From NCBI GenBank assembly GCA_003144275.1, contig NJBF01000037.1, positions 1 to 32,000 of the forward strand: a stretch of DNA of 32,000 nucleotides. Direction: 5' to 3'. Positions 18,955 through 26,547 of this stretch are shown here, one piece after another; within the stretch, counting starts at the first letter, position 1; every line of letters starts with the position of its first letter. Below the pieces are notes generated by a model. That model was not told the DNA's origin. It did no database searches and saw nothing but the letters and a program-made list of their open reading frames with translations. The stretch is from Candidatus Heimdallarchaeota archaeon B3_Heim. GTDB taxonomy: Archaea > Asgardarchaeota > Heimdallarchaeia > Hodarchaeales > Hodarchaeaceae. The translations under genes and the position numbers were made by a program.

Positions 18955-19626
18955 TTATTTCAGTGAATTTTTTCTTGCTTTTATGAGATACCAAAATTGA
19001 TTGGTAATTACTATCTCTGGAGTAAATCCCACTTTGGCTAATAACGTTGAAACTACGTCTGCTGTCCGATCGTTAGTAACACGGCGTTTACCGTAGGCTG
19101 TTTCAATAGCTTTACCGCTAGGTGTTATAACATGATCATTTTTGTCCGATAATTCCATAGTGTTCATATTCGCTGACCTCTCTCTCTTTCTCTTACAAAC
19201 TTAAAAGGCGTCCCGCCCGTACTTCATCAACGCCGAGGTGATGACAAAAAAATTTACTTAGCTCCTAGGTCATATTCCCTTGTAACTTCGTTAGACGAGT
19301 TACCCGTCAAAGGCAAGAGAAGAATGATCCAGACTGGTCGAAAAGTATTGGTGTTTGGGATGTCGCCAGAAGATCTGATGCAAGTAGTCCCAATGGAAAG
19401 CAGTAATTCTCTTGTTGCTAACCTGCCGGATAGTGGATGTGTGACTCATCCTGTCCAGAACTATTTTTCAAATAGTTGTCTGACAAATTTAGTCATGGGG
19501 TTTCGCTTCATCAATTTCAGATTGGAGTTTATCGATAGCAGTTGCTTTTTTTTTCCCAATTTGGGCAATTATCCCCTCACCCCCCCCCAACATCCAGTAT
19601 AGATCCACTAGGGATTTCTTGAACAT
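18955..19626 (-). pseudogene. Small hypothetical gene (up to ~102 aa) split by element copy B
   Basis: Removing 19135-19497 joins ...EIDEAKPH to VITPSGKAIETAYG... in frame (CCC CAT GTT ATA). With the element present the frame stops at CAT GAC TAA. Start uncertain: ATG 19626, ATG 19593, or ATA/ATT after GGTGAG. Confidence 0.7.
19131..19497 (+). mobile_element. Complete 367-bp non-autonomous element (copy B, CATG to CATG)
   Basis: CATG at 19131-19134 and 19494-19497. Sub-terminal inverted repeats TTTGTCCGATAA (19141-19152) and TTGTCTGACAAA (19476-19487), each 6 bp inside CATG. About 95% identical to the reverse complement of 22165-22527. No transposase ORF. Confidence 0.93.
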
Positions 19627-19827
19627 TAATAGTTTGTCTAGGGTACTGAAAAAATTCTTCAAGATTACTTACGATCTTCATAGGAATCAAATAACATTTT
19701 TTCTATGCTATTAATTATTGGTGCGCATCTCAGACCAAAAAATCATGGACGAACGATTTCCATTATTAGACTCTATGTTATTAAAAAAGAAAAAAGAGGA
19801 GAAAATATCAAGTGGAGCCCAAAAAAT

Positions 19828-20031
19828 TTATTTTTCGGCTGCTAATTTGACATCATTCTCTTTTACGGTTTTTCGTCCATTGTGACGTGCAATTTCAACT
19901 GAATATTTGGCTAAGTTCATACCATAGTCAGTTAAGATCTCATTCAAGCGGTTAATTGCGCCAGCAGATACTCTAAAAGCGCCTGCGGTTCGAATGAGTT
20001 TTTCTACACGTGCTCGTGCAAATCCAGTCAT
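19828..20031 (-). CDS. Archaeal histone (HMf-like)
   Basis: FARARVEKLIRTAGAFRVSAGA...AKYSVEIARHNGRKTVKENDVKLA histone fold. ATG at 20031 follows GGTGA; the track uses GTG at 20040. Confidence 0.95.
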   Translation of the reverse strand: MTGFARARVEKLIRTAGAFRVSAGAINRLNEILTDYGMNLAKYSVEIARHNGRKTVKENDVKLAAEK

Positions 20032-20062
20032 ATTTTTCACCTTTTCTCAATATTAAGTTGTT

Positions 20063-20084
20063 CTGAGTCATTTAATAGACTCAG
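20063..20084. promoter_or_regulatory. 7-8-7 inverted repeat upstream of the histone gene
   Basis: CTGAGTC-ATTTAATA-GACTCAG lies between a TATA-like TTATAAATATAT (minus strand, about 20103-20114) and the histone start. Confidence 0.4.
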
Positions 20085-20376
20085 TGGTTACGAAAATCCT
20101 CTATATATTTATAAGTTTTATTCTACAACAATGCACGTTCTAGATATCTCGATGTTACTTTTTGCACTCGGATTGATTTAGCTAGCTATGGAAAATACTT
20201 TTTCACGATCTTCAAGCTGAACTAGATAATATATTATGTATTCACTGAGGATAGATACTCTATTCATAAATGATTTGAAAAAGACAATAATTTTACCTGA
20301 TGCTTCTATCAGCCAAGGGAAATAGATCTGAAAATATAAACTCGCTATCTAGAAAAAAAGGGGGAAGTGAGAGTTT

Positions 20377-22598
20377 TTATACTCTCTTTCTTCTCGAGAG
20401 AATAGGAACTGAGATAATGACTCCCATGATGCTGATAAACTCCCATCCAGGTGAGAGACTTGGAATGGTGTTATTATCAGTTGTCTCACCAGTGAATGAC
20501 TCCATAAGCTCAAATTTGAAGATTGATATTTCAGAGCCATTAGTAGAAATGGAACCAGATATTAATTCAAGCTTTTCAAGTACACCAGTTTGTCTATTCC
20601 ACTGAAATTCGAGAACTCCGTCATCAGAAGGTTGAGTTTCATTATAATTCCATGTTAGTCGATAATAATCACTTTCTTCAATTAAATAAGTATTATCGAA
20701 CATTTTGAAGTTGGATAGATTTCCATAAATTGGGAGAAAAAGGAAGTTATTAATTCCGTTTCCTAGATAATCATCTGTATTTTTATGTATTTCAACTTCT
20801 ATACCCCATTCAACAAATTCAAACATTATCAGTTTGAGTTGATCTCCCTGAGCTAAAGATAGCGGGATATTTTCTTCTGTGTTTTTATTACGAAACCATT
20901 CTGTTAAATCAACTTCAGCTGATGCACCACTATATTCAGTCAAACTATAGATGAAAGTGTCACCAACTGAAATTGAAAAGTCCTCTTGAGTAAAGCTATC
21001 ATCAGGTTTTTCATCGATTTTTGGTGGATAAAATCCCTTTCTAATCCAAATATTATCCCAAAAAACTAAGGTTTCAGTGTTAATTTCTTGGTTATCAAAA
21101 CCAAAGCCAATATTTCCACATTTAAAGACGTTAAAATCATCATTTGTGAAAATTATATAGGATTCTAGCTCTTCTTCTTGAAGAAATACCTGAGTTATTT
21201 GTTTGTCACTTTCTACAGCAACCGCTATGATTAAACGCCCCCATGTTAGTTGTGATTCCATTGGCATGGAATAAAAAGTAGATTTTTCGCCTACCTCATT
21301 TTGAGCTCCAAACTCAAGAACATTTCTCTGATAGCTATAGCGAACATACTGAACGTCTGCACCACTGTTGAATCGCCATCCAAGTAACAATATATCTCCA
21401 TTTGCAATGTGAATATCATAATCAACCTCAATGGTGTAACTGTACAAGTCTTCATAAGTTTCCAAACCAGATGTTGTTAACCAACCACTTTCTGAAGAAA
21501 CATTATTGAAATAATATCCACGCAACCATTCATTCTCAATATCCCAATTTCCTTCTGGTCCTCCATACCAGACATAAGGATCAAGATTATAGCTGGAAAA
21601 GTCATCATAGTAAATAGTTTCATCAGTTGGGTGGTCTGGAGGCGTGTGATATCCTGTATATACACTAATATTGTCAAATCGTGCAGAAGAGTTATAATAT
21701 AACCCAAAACCGATATCCTCTAAATTAGGAACATTCATCATCATACTTGAGATAACTGGTTCTCCATTTACCCAGAGATCAAGTTGTCCACCAGCTACAG
21801 CCATATGTACAACGGCCCATTTGTCCGTTGGAAATTGATAGTCAAAATCATATAAACTTCCATAAGAATCAATATAGTGAGAGTATCCCGATGTTGATCC
21901 TAATTCCATTACTGCATATCCAGAGTAATAGTTGAAAATGAAATGAAACTGTTCTTCTCCATACCCTGACAACAAATTTACATCAAAGATTACTGTATAT
22001 TCACTCATATTGAAGATCGTATCGTCTAATACTATATCATCCCACATTTCATTTGTACTAATGCCATTAAGACTATTATCAAGAAAATCACATGCACCGT
22101 TCATAACAGTCCAGTATCCATTATCTACTTCAAAATCTTGGAAATATACAAGATCATCAGGAGCCATGACTAAATTTGTCAGACAACTATTTGAAAAATA
22201 GTTCTGGACAGGATGAGTCACACATCCACTATCCGGCAGGTTAGCAACAAGAGAATCATTGCTTTCCATTGGGATTACTTGCATCAGATCTTCTGGCGAC
22301 ATCCCAAACACCAATACTTTTCGACCAGTCTGGGTCATTCTTCTCTTGCCTTTGACGGGTAACTCGTCTAACGAAGTTACAAGGGAATATGACCTAAAAG
22401 CTAAGTAAATTTTTTTGTCATCACCTCGGCGTTGATGAAGTACGGGCGGGACACCTTTTAAGTTTGTAAGGGAGAGAGAGGTCAGCGAATATGAGAAATA
22501 TGAAATTGTCGGACAAAAATGATCATGGCTTGAGGAATAGTTGTTATTAACATCGGTAAAAAGAGAAGGATTAAAAGCATTTTTTTCTGATTTTTCAT
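20377..22598 (-). pseudogene. Secreted surface glycoprotein (two lectin/LamG-like domains plus PGW-TM-basic CTERM anchor), interrupted by element copy C after the signal peptide
   Basis: ATG 22598 (GGAGG upstream) encodes MKNQKKMLLILLFLPMLITTIPQA. Removing the element plus one CATG gives ...PQA-MAPDDLVYFQDF..., 620 aa in total. C-terminus SPGWEFISIMGVIISVPILSRRKRV. Confidence 0.85.
22165..22527 (-). mobile_element. Complete 363-bp non-autonomous element (copy C, CATG to CATG)
   Basis: CATG at 22165-22168 and 22524-22527. Reverse complement of copy B with about 13 substitutions and a 4-bp indel in a CT-rich tract. Both sub-terminal TTGTC-N-GACAA palindromes are perfect. Confidence 0.93.
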
Positions 22599-22757
22599 TT
22601 TTTTGAGATCCTCCTTCTGAAAATTATATAATAATAGAACCTTCTTCATACAAAAGTACCTAGTGAATTTACTCGTTTGTAAGGCTATTAAAATTTGTAA
22701 ATGGTCAGTATGATCAATTCGAAAGATAGTTGAAACACATAAAATCGAGAAAGAGAT

Positions 22758-23408
22758 ATGCAAATTTACTTGATTAGACACGGAGAAAGTACAGGTAACA
22801 AAGAAAAAGCTTTTCAGGGATGGAATAACGTTCATTTAAGTGAACAGGGAAAAATCCAGGCTAAAAAATTGGCTGATTATCTTTTCGGGGAAAAAATTAA
22901 CCTAAGGATAATATTTTCTAGCCCTCTCATTCGAGCAATGGAAACTGCAGAACCATTAACGATTTGTTCAACTAGTCCTGATATAATTACAGTTGATGGA
23001 TTTAAATCGATTAATGTCGGTGAATGGGGAGGAATTTTGATATCAAGGGTGAAAGAGGATTTTCCAAAGGAGTACAATATTTGGAAGCATTCACCAACAA
23101 AATTCCGTTTTCCGAAAGGGGAATCCTTAACTGATGTTCACAACCGCTCCCAAGCTTCTCTTATACATATCTTGCATAAATATATTGATTTTGGTGGAAA
23201 TATCGCAATAGTTTCACATATGATTACTATCAAAGCGTTAGCATTGTGGATGCTTGGGAAAAATCTAGGAAACATCTGGAAAAAAGAATATACAGTGCCT
23301 AATACTGGTATAATGGTTTTTAAAGTGGAAAAGGAAGAATCGACCGATTTCAGTTTCCAGCGCGTTGAAATAAATAATCCTATACCACATTTAGAGTCTA
23401 CAATCTAG
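22758..23408 (+). CDS. Histidine phosphatase (phosphoglycerate mutase) family protein
   Basis: IYLIRHGES, SSPLIRAMETA, FPKGESL and IVSH motifs. Confidence 0.9.
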   Translation: MQIYLIRHGESTGNKEKAFQGWNNVHLSEQGKIQAKKLADYLFGEKINLRIIFSSPLIRAMETAEPLTICSTSPDIITVDGFKSINVGEWGGILISRVKEDFPKEYNIWKHSPTKFRFPKGESLTDVHNRSQASLIHILHKYIDFGGNIAIVSHMITIKALALWMLGKNLGNIWKKEYTVPNTGIMVFKVEKEESTDFSFQRVEINNPIPHLESTI

Positions 23409-24043
23409 GAAGAGAGAGATTTCTTCCCACAATGCGTACAGAAGATACTACCTGCCTCTAATTGCCTTCCACAAGATGGACATTGTGAACCAGATATCGG
23501 ATCTGATAATGTTTGCTTATTCAAAGTCTTATCAACATTCTCAGGTGGATAATAACGTTCTTTATACTCTGAAGTTGATCTTTCTTCAATTAATGCACCT
23601 AAGGTTCCCGCAATTAGAAAAAATCCATAAGCTGTAACAAGAGTGTATCCAAAGGATATTGTTGGTAAAAAAAGTCCAATTAAAATAACAAACGCCCCTA
23701 TTCCTCCAATGAGCGTTATGACTGCCCCCTTTTGAGATTTATTAAGGATAAATGGACCTGGTTTGCTGGATGTTACAACTATTAATCCGTTTAGGACTCC
23801 TGTCACTAGAAAGAATGGAAAGGCTATTACGATTGCCAAACCAAAGTCTATATGTTGGGCAAAAATAGACAATAATATAGGAAAAACGCCAATTCCACCA
23901 ATAAATGTGATCAGAGCTTCTTTGTAATTCTTCTTCAATCTGTACACCTCTTCGGAAGTAGGAATTATATTTGAGAGTACTGTTCTCGTGTTTATATGAT
24001 TTTGAATAGAGGTATACATTCTCACCATCCTTAGCCTAATCAA
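23405..24043 (-). CDS. Four-TM membrane protein with internal duplication and C-terminal zinc ribbon
   Basis: Two similar two-helix units (ITFIGGIGVF...FFLVTGVL and ITLIGGIGAF...FFLIAGTL); C-terminal CPSCG...FCTHCG. Confidence 0.75.
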   Translation of the reverse strand: MIRLRMVRMYTSIQNHINTRTVLSNIIPTSEEVYRLKKNYKEALITFIGGIGVFPILLSIFAQHIDFGLAIVIAFPFFLVTGVLNGLIVVTSSKPGPFILNKSQKGAVITLIGGIGAFVILIGLFLPTISFGYTLVTAYGFFLIAGTLGALIEERSTSEYKERYYPPENVDKTLNKQTLSDPISGSQCPSCGRQLEAGSIFCTHCGKKSLSS

Positions 24044-24058
24044 CTCACTAAGTTGTCC

Positions 24059-24760
24059 CTACTCTGGTGTTTTCCTTTTTATTTGTATTTTAGATATTTT
24101 CGTTTTGATTATTGTGGGAGGGACAGATTCTTCTTCCATTGGTCTTTTTTCTAGGATAGATTTTGGAGGTGTTTTACTCCTGATATCTTTTTTGTGCTTT
24201 TGTTTGAATCCTAGTGTGCTAGGGGGAGGTATAGTTGTTTTGTTGGGAATTTCTGCGGTGATGCGATGTGGAGGAGTCTTGTTTATTATCCGATTTCGTT
24301 TCTTTTCAGCAATACCTCTACGAGTTGGTGGGACATTTTTATGATCCTGGATTTTTTTTCTTCGTGGGGGGACTTTTCGATTTACTAGGCCTTTTTTACG
24401 TCTTGATTTTGGGAGGCTCCCTTTAGTAGATGGAGTTGCCAATTCTTTCCTACCGTGAGTCTGAGTAACAGGAGGAAGATTGTTCGTGCTAGGTATTTGC
24501 TTTTTTCTCTTTTCTTTTGTTCCATGACTGGTGGGATAGGTACCAGATTCTTTTTTTATTAGTCCATTCTCATTTTTTCGCGCAGGAGGTAGCTTAAATT
24601 GCTCTTTCAAATCATTAGGAGTTTTTTGTTGAATAGTAGCAACTTTTTCTTTCATTGGAGTTTTCTCTTTGATTGTATCCTTCGGCTTTTTTGATCGAAC
24701 TTTGAATCGAGCCACTTTGTACATACCATCCTGCACTATTTTCAAAAATAACTTCTTCAA
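24059..24760 (-). CDS. Lys/Arg/Pro-rich low-complexity protein with recurrent KTPP/xVPP motifs
   Basis: 233 aa. Sits in the operon 15 bp and 48 bp from its neighbours. About 13 periodic x-[TVLI]-P-[PK] motifs. Confidence 0.65.
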   Translation of the reverse strand: MKKLFLKIVQDGMYKVARFKVRSKKPKDTIKEKTPMKEKVATIQQKTPNDLKEQFKLPPARKNENGLIKKESGTYPTSHGTKEKRKKQIPSTNNLPPVTQTHGRKELATPSTKGSLPKSRRKKGLVNRKVPPRRKKIQDHKNVPPTRRGIAEKKRNRIINKTPPHRITAEIPNKTTIPPPSTLGFKQKHKKDIRSKTPPKSILEKRPMEEESVPPTIIKTKISKIQIKRKTPE

Positions 24761-24808
24761 TTAAATGTACATTATTCGATTTTTAACAATTTGGAAATTG
24801 CGTAAGGA

Positions 24809-25393
24809 TTATTTTCCCAGAATAAATCCAATTCCAGAGAAAACGAAAAAGAGACCGTATAATATTCCAAGAAAATCAGATGCAAATGCTCCAGCAATTA
24901 GAAATAGAATCCCGAAGATAAGAAATGTGAAAATTGCCGTCCATTCGGCGGAAGGCCCCCTCTCAGACTGAGCAGTAATTCTAATGAATTGATAGCGAGT
25001 GAAACTTCTTATTAACAACGCTGTTGAGACCACTAAATACGGAAAAGCAAGTAAGGAAGGGACTGCAATATGAAGTTCGATGAATTCATTTGAAGGCATC
25101 ATATTAATTTCAAAGGATAATAAAACTTCTTGAAAAATAGGAATAAAGGGACTAGTAAAGACAATTACTAGAGGAATGATATTTGCAAGGGATATAAAGT
25201 AGATTTCGTTTAAAGTGGCATGATGATCAACGTAGTAGAATATCCGTAGGAAGTACAATATAGTAATCGCGGTGTAAATGGATAAGAAAAGGATGTTAAG
25301 AGCTAATGTATCCTTATTCTGTATAAAAAAGAAAATTGTAGCTGATACGCCAATGAGCATGATAAACCAAGCGATATTATGTCGTATAGCCAT
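24809..25393 (-). CDS. Multi-pass membrane protein
   Basis: 194 aa, about six hydrophobic segments, 18 bp downstream of the RING gene. Confidence 0.75.
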   Translation of the reverse strand: MAIRHNIAWFIMLIGVSATIFFFIQNKDTLALNILFLSIYTAITILYFLRIFYYVDHHATLNEIYFISLANIIPLVIVFTSPFIPIFQEVLLSFEINMMPSNEFIELHIAVPSLLAFPYLVVSTALLIRSFTRYQFIRITAQSERGPSAEWTAIFTFLIFGILFLIAGAFASDFLGILYGLFFVFSGIGFILGK

Positions 25394-25411
25394 AAGTAAT
25401 CAATAAACTCC

Positions 25412-26524
25412 TTATTTTCTGTATTTTTTCTGGAACATTTGAATTATTTTCTGATAACTGGGTCCTGAAATCCGGATCATTTTTACATTATTAATGGGTT
25501 TATTACAACGGCTACAAATATTAGACACTAGAAGCCATTTTTGAAACTCATCAGCATGAGATGGATGTTTACAACGGGGGCAAATGACTACTTGTTTATC
25601 TGATTCTGTGGGAAATTCATAGCAATAAATACATCGAAAATCGTCCTTTGAAATGTTCTGACCTGCTGGGGTTAAACTGGCAATAAGTGCAGGAGTTAGC
25701 TTCCTCTTTGTTCTCTTTGGCATGTGTATTGGAGGAGCGACCTGAACATTTGATCTCTGGGGACTTCTACTCGCTCTTTCCTGTACTTGAGTTACACGTG
25801 ATGGCTGTGGAGTTGATCGACGAGTTTCTACTGATGTTCTAGAAGATCTAACAGCTCTTCTCTGTGATTGAAAATCTCTAGTGGAAGTTCTAGAAACCCG
25901 TCTAAAGGGAATAATTACAAATTTGAGTATATAATTTTGAAAGAAGGTTAGGATACTGAAAAGTAAGAAAAATAATGACGATAGTTCAATTGTTTTCTGA
26001 TCTAACCAAAAAATGGTGAAAATTACAAGAAAACTTGCATTTAACACAATTATCGATTCAGAAGGAAATCGTCGTCGAAATATGAAAATATTAGGATAGG
26101 TTCCAGAATAGTATCTTCTAATTAGAATTCCGAGGATTGCAAAGAAGGGTAAACAAAATATTAGACTAAATAAATTTAAAAACAGATAGAAAGAATCTAG
26201 CTGAAATAAATTTAGGTTTAAATCTAATTCAATAAATGTTGCATGGAGAATATTTTCAGTATCGTCCAATGTGGCAGTAAATGCAGTCAAACTCCCCCCG
26301 ATAGCAATCAGGGCAGGAATACTAATGAAAATTGCTGAAGCTAGTGGAGCATTATATGATCGGTAATATCGCCATTCATCTACTAGTTTGATTAGTAAAA
26401 TAGCAACGAAAGTGAAATAAATTAACGTTATCGAGAGAGAGCTTTGTGGGTTAACGATTTGGCTTAAGAACGCAAAGACCAATCCAGTGAGAAAAACAGA
26501 AATATAGACATTTCTTCCAACCAA
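25412..26524 (-). CDS. Multi-pass membrane protein with C-terminal RING-like domain (putative E3 ligase)
   Basis: About six to seven TM segments, an Arg/Ser-rich linker, then CIYC-x14-CPRCKHPSHADE...W...CSRC. Confidence 0.8.
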   Translation of the reverse strand: MVGRNVYISVFLTGLVFAFLSQIVNPQSSLSITLIYFTFVAILLIKLVDEWRYYRSYNAPLASAIFISIPALIAIGGSLTAFTATLDDTENILHATFIELDLNLNLFQLDSFYLFLNLFSLIFCLPFFAILGILIRRYYSGTYPNIFIFRRRFPSESIIVLNASFLVIFTIFWLDQKTIELSSLFFLLFSILTFFQNYILKFVIIPFRRVSRTSTRDFQSQRRAVRSSRTSVETRRSTPQPSRVTQVQERASRSPQRSNVQVAPPIHMPKRTKRKLTPALIASLTPAGQNISKDDFRCIYCYEFPTESDKQVVICPRCKHPSHADEFQKWLLVSNICSRCNKPINNVKMIRISGPSYQKIIQMFQKKYRK

Positions 26525-26547
26525 ATAGATTTCACGACCTCATCTTC

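Noticed and set aside
19131-19140. CATGAT end resembling the Drosophila P-element terminus
   Set aside because: Similarity is only about 6 nt, there is no 8-bp target duplication, and reading-frame restoration assigns one CATG to the host.
19213-19220. CCGCCCGT matches the conserved SSU rRNA 1390s region
   Set aside because: Only an 8-mer; the flanks do not resemble rRNA.
19238-19378. Box C (GUGAUGA) and box D (CUGA) sRNA
   Set aside because: The boxes are about 130 nt apart with no clear C'/D' pair; archaeal C/D sRNAs are about 50-60 nt.
19427-19458. Group II intron domain V-like hairpin, or a group I intron
   Set aside because: No AGC/CGC catalytic triad and no GUGYG 5' end. Group I boundary rules (exon-terminal U, intron-terminal G) would frameshift the host gene. 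Copy B is antisense to its host.
19324-19602. 92-aa ORF, with the same 58 codons at the start of track ORF 20377..22338, as a real protein or transposase remnant
   Set aside because: It lies inside the repeated element, has no recognisable domain, and copy A has an in-frame TAG at 91-93. Substitutions track RNA stems rather than codon positions.
22165-22527. Archaeal bulge-helix-bulge intron, with CAUG/CAUG as the 4-bp central helix
   Set aside because: In copy C a 5' AUC bulge is possible, but the exon-side AGC/GCU pairs leave no second bulge. In copy B's host orientation no BHB forms. Relaxed EndA motifs cannot be fully excluded.
19131-22527. Composite transposon carrying the histone gene
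   Set aside because: Each copy is flanked by both halves of its own host gene, so these are two independent insertions.
22482-22835. 117-aa minus-strand ORF
   Set aside because: Only 22598-22527 is meaningful, as the orphaned signal peptide. The rest overlaps the phosphatase gene, its promoter and the element.
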